A DNA stretch of 64,000 nt from a virus. Position 1 is the stretch's first letter. Each line of letters begins with the position of its first letter. Both the position numbers and the translations under genes were made by a program. The notes beneath the pieces were generated by a model. The model worked only from the letters and a program-made list of their open reading frames with translations, did not search any database and had not been told where the DNA came from. This document shows, in pieces, positions 8,090 to 17,314 of this stretch. The DNA lies in the IMG/VR virus record IMGVR_UViG_3300040801_002290, positions 32,001 to 96,000 of that record. The stretch is one strand, 5' to 3'.

Positions 8090-8410
8090 ATGCTTAGGAC
8101 CCAGGACTATTATAGACATCATGTATCCAGGGTTACTAGAAACCGAAACCACCTTTGGAATGATTCCAAAAGAGAAGAGTACTTTAACTCAGTCTCTAAG
8201 GGAAAAGAATTCTACATAATAGGGTATCCTGAATCTACCACTAGATTCTCTAAAACCAAACCGTTTGATTGTGGTGTGCCTGGATGCCCGTGCTGCCACG
8301 AAGATAAACTAAAGAAGCGCCGCTTTTGTATAAACGACGCTGCTGTTAGTAAATTTTTAGATGAATGGGGCGTTGAGACTCCGGAAGAATTCCTTACAAA
8401 TCAATTTTAA
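8090..8410 (+). CDS. Basic hypothetical protein with Cys cluster
   Basis: AAGGAGG SD before ATG 8090; CGVPGCPCCH motif. Confidence 0.6.
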   Translation: MLRTQDYYRHHVSRVTRNRNHLWNDSKREEYFNSVSKGKEFYIIGYPESTTRFSKTKPFDCGVPGCPCCHEDKLKKRRFCINDAAVSKFLDEWGVETPEEFLTNQF

Positions 8411-8963
8411 CACTTTCTCTACTGCCGATGTAATCAATGAGTTGAAAAATCATCGGCAGTTTTTTATTGCTTTGTAAAAGTTTATTCGGGCTAAACCTAC
8501 CTAAATGAGAGGAAACGCATTCCATAATCTCATCGTATACCCTCTTCTCTATAAACCTATCAGCATCTGCGTTGAACGGAAACATATATTCTACATATAC
8601 AGGGTGCAGAGGGTCGGTGTAATTTAGAGTTCTGGGTGGTATACCCCTAGAAAAGGAATCGTGCAATATACACGCGGAAATTAGAACATCCCTCTCCCAA
8701 GCATTGAGATTATAAAATCTAACCATATGCTCTGTAAGACGAATTAATCTTCTTACATGCAGGACCAACCCACCAGGCTGTCTTTCATCTTTGGGATGAT
8801 ATTTGCTGTTACTGGCAGGGACCTCCCAAAAGTAGTCTGGGAATCTGTCTATTGAGGAGATTAGAAACTTCTTTATGTTTCCATCTGTCAGCTTTTCAAG
8901 CTCTCCCTCTATGTGGAGCTTGCTTATCTCTCTTAGTTCCATGTTAACCTTTCTATAAGTCAT
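8394..8963 (-). CDS. HD-domain protein (YhaM-like)
   Basis: KYH...GGLVLH and CILHD motifs. Confidence 0.7.
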   Translation of the reverse strand: MTYRKVNMELREISKLHIEGELEKLTDGNIKKFLISSIDRFPDYFWEVPASNSKYHPKDERQPGGLVLHVRRLIRLTEHMVRFYNLNAWERDVLISACILHDSFSRGIPPRTLNYTDPLHPVYVEYMFPFNADADRFIEKRVYDEIMECVSSHLGRFSPNKLLQSNKKLPMIFQLIDYIGSRESVKIDL

Positions 8964-10884
8964 TGAATGGAAGAACGTCAGAAAGGCGCAGTGTTTTTCC
9001 GGACTCTTTTAGTGTTCTCCAGGAGCCTAAGCCTGTGGTCATAGAATTTAGAGACTCCTGATAGGCTGCCTTATCGTCTTCTGTGGCAACTTTATTCTTT
9101 ATTCTTTGTTCTACATTGTTAGTTGCAGAAGTTCCAGCACCCAAAACATCTCTGTAGGGCCACTCATACTTCAAGATTCTAACCATTCTAGCTAGAGCAT
9201 CGCTAATATCTTTTGTCTGCCCCTCTATGTGGTCTATCTTAGGGGGATTTTTCGTTCTATCTTCTCTAAGGTTTCTTAGCTCCTCATAAACAATAGGATG
9301 CCATGGGAAGTCTATTCCACCGTTAGATTCTTTGGTACCTTTTCCGTTAGAGGGAGGAGCTTCACCAAAAATAGCATCCCTAAGAGCGGTATAGTCTTTG
9401 TAGTCTACAATACTTCTGTCATAGACTATCACGTTCTTATACGTTTTTGAAATCCACTGTGTTAGAGAAATGCTATTCCAACCATCGAAGGAAAAGATTC
9501 TTATATTATAACCCATTCTTTCCTTAAGTTTCTTTATTAGATTCTCAACCGCAACCATCTGCACTTGTCCCTCTTCGAACATTCTGCCCGTAAATCTAAA
9601 GGCAAAGTCGATAACGGGTCTTACGTACTTTCTTCCATCCTCGTCGGTTATCATCTCTCGGTGACCAAGACATATTCCATAACCGTCTCCACCATTGGCT
9701 TCGCTTCCAAGGGCTGGGTCTCCGGTTAGAACGTAATAGAAGTTTGGGTTACCGTACTCTTTAATGGGAATGTCATAAGGGTCTAAAACCTGTAGGACAT
9801 CGTTGGAGTCTTTATATTGAGATTCAGACATGGGGGCGGCTCTCCACTCATCGTGGGATTCCTTATTCCACCATAATTCGCTTCCCACCGGCTGGGGGTC
9901 ATAGGGAAGTGGCCAGTCAATAATCCACGGCCTAGTCACATTCATGGCATTCTTTATTCTTCTCTGGTCTTTTAGCCAAGAGTCAACGAAGGAGCCAGAA
10001 TCCTCAGAGCCATACATACAGGCAGCCTTCTCTGGGTTTTCGTTGTAGTAGGTTTGGAAGTCGTCTTTGGACAGAATTGGGTGAAATTCCCAAGACGCAT
10101 AACGTTTTGCGTAAACGTGGTCAAGCCCTCTAGCTTTACTGTAATACTCCATAATCTTACCTGAGGAACCTACATACCTCCGGTAAGAGATTACCATAAT
10201 CTTTTCTTTACCACGAAATCTGGACTGGGAGGAAGTACGAAGAGTGTTTACAATCTTCTCTACTCCGTGGAATTCAACATCATCAACCTCGTCTGCAAGA
10301 GCCATTAAAACGTCGTATCCTTCGATACCACCGGCCCTACTGTTTGCAGAGATAATATGAATATTCTGAGGGAAAGTGATGCTGCTTGCCTGAATGTCAT
10401 TAACTGGGTCAAAGCCAAAGTTCTTAAAAGCTTTGTTACCAGAGGCTCGGATAATATTCTTTAGTGGTTCGAAGAAGTTATCCTGAGCCTGCTTAGCGTT
10501 AATAGCAACGTTGATGAATGTTAAAGCCTTAGCCCGGTTATGGTTAAGGTATTTGTGAGCATCATACATGCATAGAAGCTTATATGCTGCGTAAAGGAAA
10601 AGAATACCGGAAGACCAGTTCTTTCCCCCACCCTTACCTACGAAAAGGACAAAGAAGTTTATTCCATTTTCGAAGTCAGAAGCTTTCTCAATGAATTCCT
10701 TCTGAGCCTCAGACATTCCCCACATCCCCTGATTTAGATAATCCGGGCTGTATACAAATGTCTCAAGGTCAACTGGCTCTATTCTATAAACCTCACCAGA
10801 GGCTTCCTTTACGGCGTGTTCTCCACGACGCATAAGATTACCCCACTCGGAAGTCGCCTTAAAAGCCTCCTTCTTCTTAGGCAT
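8953..10884 (-). CDS. terL: Terminase large subunit
   Basis: VGKGGGKN Walker A, LADEVD Walker B, nuclease GDPA, FDGWNS, KDISDALA. Confidence 0.85.
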   Translation of the reverse strand: MPKKKEAFKATSEWGNLMRRGEHAVKEASGEVYRIEPVDLETFVYSPDYLNQGMWGMSEAQKEFIEKASDFENGINFFVLFVGKGGGKNWSSGILFLYAAYKLLCMYDAHKYLNHNRAKALTFINVAINAKQAQDNFFEPLKNIIRASGNKAFKNFGFDPVNDIQASSITFPQNIHIISANSRAGGIEGYDVLMALADEVDDVEFHGVEKIVNTLRTSSQSRFRGKEKIMVISYRRYVGSSGKIMEYYSKARGLDHVYAKRYASWEFHPILSKDDFQTYYNENPEKAACMYGSEDSGSFVDSWLKDQRRIKNAMNVTRPWIIDWPLPYDPQPVGSELWWNKESHDEWRAAPMSESQYKDSNDVLQVLDPYDIPIKEYGNPNFYYVLTGDPALGSEANGGDGYGICLGHREMITDEDGRKYVRPVIDFAFRFTGRMFEEGQVQMVAVENLIKKLKERMGYNIRIFSFDGWNSISLTQWISKTYKNVIVYDRSIVDYKDYTALRDAIFGEAPPSNGKGTKESNGGIDFPWHPIVYEELRNLREDRTKNPPKIDHIEGQTKDISDALARMVRILKYEWPYRDVLGAGTSATNNVEQRIKNKVATEDDKAAYQESLNSMTTGLGSWRTLKESGKTLRLSDVLPFNDL

Positions 10885-11555
10885 TAGTTAACCTCTTCTA
10901 AAGTCCTGCTTGCTATCTTGCCACCATCTGAGTCCCAGTAAAACATAACGTCTTGACTAGATAGAGACTCAAGGACTCTCTTGGCTTCTGGGTCCGCGTC
11001 TAAAGCCCTCTGAATTTTTCTATAAAGGGTTGGGTCCTCTTGCCTTAGTATGTCTGTTACTACCTTAACGTAGGACACCTCACGCTGCACATCAAGCACT
11101 TGAGAGAATAGGCTAATGTACCCCTCAAGGTGTTTCTGAGCCCCGGCGACAAGACTGGCCATCTTCTGTGCGTTGGAGTACCACTGAGACAGAAGAGCGG
11201 CGTTTTCTCCCTTGTTTAGTGCTTCGATTCCCTCTTCCGAGATTACCTTAGCAATTTTTTCCCTAAGCATCTCTGAGACAATACCAGTAAAAGCCAACTC
11301 CTTAGCAGAATGGTGAACACTCTGAAAGTAGTAGCTTATGACATTTAGGGGGTTAAAGTCATCAGACATGGCAAGAGCTTCAAGCTTCTCGTCATTAAAG
11401 TTTTTTAGTTTGTGGTCTCTTAAAAACCTATATACCTGGGTATAGGGTACCTGTAAGTCTTCTGAAATCTGCTTTTGATTATAACCTTTTATATAAAACA
11501 ACTCTAAAACTTTGTCTGTTAAGTTTCTTTCTACTAATTCTTTGTGACGCATCAT
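10884..11555 (-). CDS. HTH protein, putative terminase small subunit
   Basis: N-terminal HTH (QKQISEDLQVPYTQVYRFL), directly upstream of terL. Confidence 0.5.
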   Translation of the reverse strand: MMRHKELVERNLTDKVLELFYIKGYNQKQISEDLQVPYTQVYRFLRDHKLKNFNDEKLEALAMSDDFNPLNVISYYFQSVHHSAKELAFTGIVSEMLREKIAKVISEEGIEALNKGENAALLSQWYSNAQKMASLVAGAQKHLEGYISLFSQVLDVQREVSYVKVVTDILRQEDPTLYRKIQRALDADPEAKRVLESLSSQDVMFYWDSDGGKIASRTLEEVN

Positions 11556-11920
11556 CTATCTCCTGGGGTGTTGACTCCACAAACCCAATGTCTTTTTCCC
11601 TCGTTAGATGACGGCACCAGTTCAAATACTAACTCATTCTCCTTCTCAACAATCTTGTTAACTCTCCAAGTGGTAAGCCACTCGGCAAAAGAAAAGGTGT
11701 CACCTATATCTAACCATCTGAAATCTTCTACATTCAAGTATTGAACATTGAAGTTCTCTTCCAACCCTCTTTCTTTGATTTCGTATTTTATGAATCTTCT
11801 GAGGTTTGAGTAATGTACGTTATATTTTTCAGCTATCTCGCTCATGTTCATCTCACGCTCAAGATAGTCTTTCATTATTAACTCTGAAAATGGCCTAAGC
11901 TTCTTAAATCTTCCGTTCAC
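11552..11920 (-). CDS. HTH DNA-binding protein
   Basis: MSEIAEKYNVHYSNLRRFI helix-turn-helix. Confidence 0.55.
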   Translation of the reverse strand: MNGRFKKLRPFSELIMKDYLEREMNMSEIAEKYNVHYSNLRRFIKYEIKERGLEENFNVQYLNVEDFRWLDIGDTFSFAEWLTTWRVNKIVEKENELVFELVPSSNEGKRHWVCGVNTPGDR

Positions 11921-12731
11921 CTATAATCACGCTCCCTGGTGGGAGTTTCGCGCCTTTGGACAGGGTTACATTCTCGACTGTAGCCTCCAAAGCAATGGTG
12001 TCCTCAATAGATATTCCATCTAGATAGGCATCCATAACAAAGGAACTGGTCACTCTGGAATTTATTACTTCCGTTGTTCCAAGAATGACAGTCCCCGGAG
12101 AGATATAAGAGTTCTCTACTCTAACATTTTTCCCAATGAAGCAAGGTCCACACACTGTAGAATCTCTAGACACATTTTCCGAAAGTATTATCGGATTTCC
12201 GTAAGTCCTGGCAGTAACTCCGACAGATTGTATAGACAGGTTCTCTACTAAATCCTGATTGAGCCTTAAGTAGTTCTCCTCTGTTAAATTGACAAAGTTT
12301 TTAAACCCGTCAAATTCCTCTGGCGCGGCTAGTTCCTGCCCCCTCTTTAGGTATCCACCAATTACTCCCCGATTTGTGAATAGTTTTTCGGGGTTCTGCT
12401 TTAAGTGGGAGATGTCCTGGTCAAAAAAATCTCCCAACATCAAAGAAAAGAGTCCGGTTATAAAAACCAGTTCATAATCTCTTTTCTGAGAAGTCGAGAG
12501 TTGATTTATTACATCGCCAGAATAAAAGCTGAAATTGGAAGAGTTCTCTATATGCGGTTCCCAGGAGGAGGGAAGAAAAATAGTATAATCCTCATCCAGA
12601 ATTATACTATTCCTCACCACGCCTGTGCCTAGAAAAGACAATAGATTAGAGGACAAGAACGGAATCTCAAATTCCGGTCTCTGAAAGAAATTTATTAAAG
12701 CACTGTCTGATTCGTAAATAAAAACCTTCAT
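11904..12731 (-). CDS. Degenerate sugar-phosphate nucleotidyltransferase-like protein with left-handed beta-helix
   Basis: C-term hexapeptide repeats (STVCGPCFIGKNVRVENSYISPGTVI); eroded N-term RP..IP motif. Confidence 0.55.
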   Translation of the reverse strand: MKVFIYESDSALINFFQRPEFEIPFLSSNLLSFLGTGVVRNSIILDEDYTIFLPSSWEPHIENSSNFSFYSGDVINQLSTSQKRDYELVFITGLFSLMLGDFFDQDISHLKQNPEKLFTNRGVIGGYLKRGQELAAPEEFDGFKNFVNLTEENYLRLNQDLVENLSIQSVGVTARTYGNPIILSENVSRDSTVCGPCFIGKNVRVENSYISPGTVILGTTEVINSRVTSSFVMDAYLDGISIEDTIALEATVENVTLSKGAKLPPGSVIIGERKI

Positions 12732-12767
12732 ACTTGTAATTATAACCTATACAAGTCTGGGAGTCAA
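12732..12767 (-). promoter_or_regulatory. Leaderless sigma70 promoter with inverted-repeat operator
   Basis: TTGACT-17-TATAAT-7-ATG; ACTTGTA (12732-38) and TACAAGT (12750-56) flank the -10 box. Confidence 0.75.
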
Positions 12768-13258
12768 TCTATTGAATCATATATTTCCTTTACGTGGCGA
12801 GAAAAGCGACGTTTCTTTAGTGTTTCTCTGTCGTCTTCTTCGAAACCACGAAAGTCATGTATACCGTCCTTCATACCTGACAAGTACTTCTCATTGTTTA
12901 CTAGGTACTTCTCAGGAAGTTTCCTTTCTTCCCCCATTCCAAATTCCCTTAGCAACACAGCTAGAGGTTTGGAATAAATAATTGTTTCGTACCTCTCCGG
13001 AGACAGCACCCTAAACCGGGCTGCCAGATTAAACGCATCTTCCACGGACTCGTATAGCTTGGTCGCATCTTCATCGTCATACATTCGAAAAACAACTTGT
13101 CCTCTGTAATTGGAGAGGTTGGCAATTCCCCGCGAAAGAAAACACCCGAAGAAATAGCCCAGGCTATAGTCGGAGTTTACATATATTCTTAGCCAGGAGT
13201 TTCCATTAATAATAAACCCATCCCTGACTTCCTTGGCCCGCTTAACATAGTGAGCCAT
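12764..13258 (-). CDS. Free-standing degenerate LAGLIDADG (intein-type) endonuclease-like protein
   Basis: LGYFFGCFLSRG and LSGMKDGIHDFRG resemble DOD motifs; K.LPE motif. Confidence 0.55.
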   Translation of the reverse strand: MAHYVKRAKEVRDGFIINGNSWLRIYVNSDYSLGYFFGCFLSRGIANLSNYRGQVVFRMYDDEDATKLYESVEDAFNLAARFRVLSPERYETIIYSKPLAVLLREFGMGEERKLPEKYLVNNEKYLSGMKDGIHDFRGFEEDDRETLKKRRFSRHVKEIYDSID

Positions 13259-13280
13259 GTTTATAGTGAAGCCTTTCTTA

Positions 13281-14300
13281 TCAGAAGTGATAAAGTCTAG
13301 CGCCATTCTCTATCACCGTATGGGGAGTAACTTTCAAAAATTCCTTCTTCTGCCAAAACTCTTCAAGGTCGTGAGAGTCGGAATAAGACATCGCGCTGGT
13401 TAATCCGTCTTTCAACTCGGTCATAATATCAGCTATAGTCTTTCCCTCATAAGGTATGAACCCAGAGTCTCCCTCAATGTAGCTTTGTACTCCTTTTTCC
13501 TCAGGGGAAGCCATACCACGGTAGGGCTTATACCACTTACCATCGTGCTTAACTTCTCTCCAAGGTGTTTCTTTAGCGGAGGCAAAAATCTTACCCATCA
13601 TAACTAGGTCAGAGCCGAGAGCTACGGCTTTAACAAAATCAGCTACACTTTTTACTCCACCGTCAGAAATGACAGGTTTTCTAGATAGATTTTTGGTCTC
13701 ATCAATCAACCAAGCCTGTGGCGCACCCACACCGGTAGTGACTCTGGTAGTACACCCAGTTCCGCTGCCAATACCAATCTTAAAAGCTATTTGACCAAGT
13801 AAGTCTCTTCTGAGAACTGCACCCGGATTACCAAAATTTCCCACAATAAGTGTAGGGAGAGGGGTAATATAGTCCCCTCCCCACTGAATATCCCTGATTA
13901 TAGCTCCGTTTGCTATATCAATAGAAACGACAGCCTTCTCTGGAAGAGACATAAGCTCTTCCTTATAGAGTTCAAATTCTGTTAGGCTCACAGCTATTCC
14001 ACACTGAATTCCTAAAGTAGAAAGAGACTGAACTGCCTTTAGCCTATCAGAAAAAGAAGTTGACCTACTAAAAATGTGCAACGAGCCAGCCTCAGCCATC
14101 GCGTTAGCAAAGCTATATACGATTGACCTAGAATTTTCACTCTCGGTGTCAAACAAAGACATGCTAGCGGAAATAGCTGGAAGAGAGAAGTTTAGATAGT
14201 TGTAAAGTTTAGAGGACACATCTACCTCAGTCCTAGACTTAACCGAAGAATAAGCTTTGGGCTTAATAAGAATATCGTCAAAGGTGTAAGTTTCGGTCAT
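13281..14300 (-). CDS. IMP dehydrogenase/GMP reductase family, no CBS domain
   Basis: GIGSGTGCTTR, SDGG, MMGKIFA, YRGMAS. Confidence 0.88.
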   Translation of the reverse strand: MTETYTFDDILIKPKAYSSVKSRTEVDVSSKLYNYLNFSLPAISASMSLFDTESENSRSIVYSFANAMAEAGSLHIFSRSTSFSDRLKAVQSLSTLGIQCGIAVSLTEFELYKEELMSLPEKAVVSIDIANGAIIRDIQWGGDYITPLPTLIVGNFGNPGAVLRRDLLGQIAFKIGIGSGTGCTTRVTTGVGAPQAWLIDETKNLSRKPVISDGGVKSVADFVKAVALGSDLVMMGKIFASAKETPWREVKHDGKWYKPYRGMASPEEKGVQSYIEGDSGFIPYEGKTIADIMTELKDGLTSAMSYSDSHDLEEFWQKKEFLKVTPHTVIENGARLYHF

Positions 14301-15376
14301 TAGTTTATTTCCTCCCCGGTTTCTCTCTTTGCGTACGCAGGGTTAATGACCTTAAGAAATAGGCGTCTGCCGTCTTTGGTGAACCTCATAGTTTCTGGCC
14401 TGACGACAATACCCTCCTTTATGTGAAGCTCTTTACCGGAAATTTGCTCATTGCCCCTGCACATCTCTTCAAGAATGACATCCTTCAACTTTCCCAGGTG
14501 AAGAATTGGAACCCAAAGCTCCATTAGGTAAGCCGGTATGCTGGGACCTTCTCCTGAGAAGTCAAGACTGTTTCCGCTGTACCTAGCGTCAAATACAATA
14601 AGCTCGGGCTCCTTGAACCCATATGTCCAGTTTCCGCCCTGGACTGGAACTACTTCACCGAAAACCTGTACAGTTTCTACTTCCCCGGTGTAAGACTTTA
14701 TTTCCCTCTGAAAAGCCTTCATTCTCTCTCTAATATCAATCTTATTACCGGCACGCCAGTAAGCGTTTGTATCAGACTCCTTAATCATGAGGTGCTTGTC
14801 GAAAAGACCCTTAGAGGTTACAAAGAAGTCCCCCTGAGAAGTAAGAGTGTACGCCGCCTGAGAGCCGTGAATCTTTTCCGTAATCACTACCCTGTCCTCA
14901 GGTACAAACTCGTCTCTATAAACCGAGAATTGCTCTACATCATGCTTAGAGTAGCTTCCACCAGGAATCGGAGCAACCTGTCCCGCCAACTCAATGGGAA
15001 CAGGAGGCTCGTACTTTGTAACACCAAAAATACCTGAGTAGTCAACGTTTGACTGAACAACCATAGCTGGAGACTTTGGGTTTAACACTGCAAAAGCATC
15101 TCGTGGGTGCATGAGAATACCCATGGACAATTCGCCACGAAGCCTAACGGACTTTACCCTGTTACCTTCTGAACCAGCTAGATAAGCCTGATACTTTTCC
15201 TTTAAAGCCCCGGAAAGAAGGGACTTCTCTGGGATAACAAAAGCTCCTTCTCCTGGTCTGTATTCTCCCTTTCTTACAACAAATTGGTAGTTCCCTGCGC
15301 GAGCAATTTCCAACGAATCCGCGTTTGGGTGTGGAAAAAGCTCAACTTGCCTATAAAATACTCCCCATTCAGCCAT
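14300..15376 (-). CDS. ATP-dependent RNA ligase, DRB0094 (DraRnl) family
   Basis: HPNADSLE...VVRKG N-module; TEKIHG motif I; FGE; EGIVV; LKVIN. Confidence 0.88.
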   Translation of the reverse strand: MAEWGVFYRQVELFPHPNADSLEIARAGNYQFVVRKGEYRPGEGAFVIPEKSLLSGALKEKYQAYLAGSEGNRVKSVRLRGELSMGILMHPRDAFAVLNPKSPAMVVQSNVDYSGIFGVTKYEPPVPIELAGQVAPIPGGSYSKHDVEQFSVYRDEFVPEDRVVITEKIHGSQAAYTLTSQGDFFVTSKGLFDKHLMIKESDTNAYWRAGNKIDIRERMKAFQREIKSYTGEVETVQVFGEVVPVQGGNWTYGFKEPELIVFDARYSGNSLDFSGEGPSIPAYLMELWVPILHLGKLKDVILEEMCRGNEQISGKELHIKEGIVVRPETMRFTKDGRRLFLKVINPAYAKRETGEEIN

Positions 15377-15389
15377 AATCAGTTACCTT

Positions 15390-16307
15390 TCATAGATGCT
15401 TCCAAACTAGCCACTCAAGATGTTCCCATTCAATCTGTTTGTGAGATAGAAGGTGTGACAAGTCTGCTAGTAATTCTTTGTTTCCTTTTCCTGACCTAAT
15501 GTAAACGGACTTAAGGTAGTTATATACACCAATCGTGGTTCCCACTACGTTGGCTTCCTTCTTGACAGATGAGATTGTCTCCAAAGCTGCTTTAATGTCT
15601 CTGTCAAGGAATGCCTTTGGAAGATTCTCATCAACCTCATCGGTAGCTACAGACTTAAGAACGGATTTAAAGATTTCTGAGGAGATAAATCCATCCTCAT
15701 CTGCGGAGGCAACAAGCTTTTCCATAAGAGAATAAACCTGTCTAAGAGAGCCCTCACTCTGGTAGACAACGGACCAAAAGTCAGCCATATTCTCAACTGT
15801 TAGATTGAACTTGGTCATTACCCGCTTTACCGCGATACCAATATCTTCTTTAGTTGCGGCGTCGGTTTCGTAAACAACACACCTACTACGGATGGTTGGA
15901 AGAATTTTCTTGGCTTCCGTAGTAAGAAGAATGAAATAGGTGTTTTCCTTAGCGTCTTCCAGAGTCTTTAGAAGAGCAGACTGAGCCTGCTTACTAAGAC
16001 CATGTACCTCATCAAGAATAAACACTTTATTCTGAGAGAATAGAGAAGACATGTACGCAGAGTCAACGATTTCTCTCATGCGGTCAACCCCGCCGTCGGA
16101 ACCGCAGTCTATCTCGTATACCTCCGCGTCAAGCTCAGAGGCAATAATTTTTGCGATAGTTGTTTTACCTGAGCCGAACTGCCCAGTAATCATAATAGAT
16201 TGACTGAGAGTACCAGACTCAAGTTGCTTCCTTAAAGGACGAACAATGTGTAGGTTTCCTATCACTTCGTCCAGCTTTGTTGGTCTCATAGCTTCTGCTA
16301 GGTTCAT
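15390..16307 (-). CDS. dnaX: DNA polymerase III gamma/tau-like clamp loader ATPase
   Basis: MRPTKLDEVIG, GQFGSGKTT, ILDEVH, LLKTLED, PTIRSRC. Confidence 0.85.
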   Translation of the reverse strand: MNLAEAMRPTKLDEVIGNLHIVRPLRKQLESGTLSQSIMITGQFGSGKTTIAKIIASELDAEVYEIDCGSDGGVDRMREIVDSAYMSSLFSQNKVFILDEVHGLSKQAQSALLKTLEDAKENTYFILLTTEAKKILPTIRSRCVVYETDAATKEDIGIAVKRVMTKFNLTVENMADFWSVVYQSEGSLRQVYSLMEKLVASADEDGFISSEIFKSVLKSVATDEVDENLPKAFLDRDIKAALETISSVKKEANVVGTTIGVYNYLKSVYIRSGKGNKELLADLSHLLSHKQIEWEHLEWLVWKHL

Positions 16308-16357
16308 AGACACTCCTATGGAGATATTCTACGACCTATTCATGTGAGAAGTGTGAG

Positions 16358-16744
16358 TTACTTACTGTAGGCGTCTGCCTCGTACCCCTTGGAGTACCAG
16401 TCGTCCCCTGGGTCTGGGATAGTATATTCTCCCAAATCTGGGACTGTAAAGGACCCGGTTTCTCTTTGCTCTGGGGACGGAACGAAGAATGCTCTCACAA
16501 ACTCGCTATTCTCTTTATAAAACTCAAGCCACCACTCTGCTTCTTCTTTGTTGTCAACAGGGTGATACAACCTACCAGGTATGGAAGGGTACCAAAAAAT
16601 AGTGGTCAAATCTATCATTCCGTAGGTTCCAAACTTTCTCTCCCCATCTAATTTTGGGGCTAGAAGTTGTTCCTTGTTCCCATAACGGTATTCTATTCTC
16701 TGTAAAACACCTAGGATAAATGGTCTAGTTTGAGTTTGACTCAC
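16358..16744 (-). CDS. Hypothetical protein, paralog A of a tandem pair
   Basis: Shares APK.DGE.K.G and GRLYHPVD..EEA..WLEFY with the adjacent ORF. Confidence 0.7.
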   Translation of the reverse strand: MSQTQTRPFILGVLQRIEYRYGNKEQLLAPKLDGERKFGTYGMIDLTTIFWYPSIPGRLYHPVDNKEEAEWWLEFYKENSEFVRAFFVPSPEQRETGSFTVPDLGEYTIPDPGDDWYSKGYEADAYSK

Positions 16745-17040
16745 AATTCACCTACCGGAACAAACCACGCGGAGTCGTAAAGGGCTTTGGGTTCGTAGTG
16801 CCTTGCGACTGTTTTGCTGCGATAAAACTCTAGCCAGTAAGTTGCCTCTTCCGGACTATCTACTGGGTGGTAAAGTCTACCCTGATTTCTTGGTTTTAGA
16901 TTGCTTTGATGCTGAGACTCAAGAGCAAGGCGGTAGGTATAAACGATGGTTCCAAACTCCCCCATTTTTACTTCGCCATCTCTTTTGGGAGCTACTCTAT
17001 GGTCTCTGTCTAAATTGCCAGCAGGGTACTTTCTTATCAT
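16741..17040 (-). CDS. Hypothetical protein, paralog B of a tandem pair
   Basis: Same motifs as 16358-16744. Confidence 0.7.
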   Translation of the reverse strand: MIRKYPAGNLDRDHRVAPKRDGEVKMGEFGTIVYTYRLALESQHQSNLKPRNQGRLYHPVDSPEEATYWLEFYRSKTVARHYEPKALYDSAWFVPVGEL

Positions 17041-17234
17041 TTTTTCTTGTACTCTCTATAGATGCCGACTAGTATTGCTACACCGCCGCTTAAGAAAATG
17101 GAAAGGAAGATTGAGGAGATGTAACTGTTGATGAAGCAGTGGAAAACTCCTACGAAAAGTAAAAGGGTACCGAGTACCCAGAAATATATGCTTTGACGAG
17201 TTGACCACCCATATAAGTATTTTAAGAAGCCCAT
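17037..17234 (-). CDS. Small two-TM membrane protein
   Basis: Two hydrophobic stretches, basic C-tail, GGAGG SD. Confidence 0.6.
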   Translation of the reverse strand: MGFLKYLYGWSTRQSIYFWVLGTLLLFVGVFHCFINSYISSIFLSIFLSGGVAILVGIYREYKKK

Positions 17235-17256
17235 TGTCTTACCTCCCCAAAAGAAA

Positions 17257-17280
17257 TAGAGCGCCCTCTCGGACGCTCTA
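17257..17280 (-). terminator. Intrinsic terminator overlapped by a promoter
   Basis: TAGAGCGTCC-GAGA-GGGCGCTCTA then TTTCTTTT; TGcTATAAT immediately 5' (17289-17281). Confidence 0.75.
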
Positions 17281-17289
17281 ATTATAGCA

Positions 17290-17305
17290 TAATTCCTAGG
17301 AATTA
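17290..17305. promoter_or_regulatory. Perfect 16-bp palindrome, candidate operator
   Basis: TAATTCCTAGGAATTA in the promoter spacer. Confidence 0.45.
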
Positions 17306-17314
17306 CTCAGGTGC

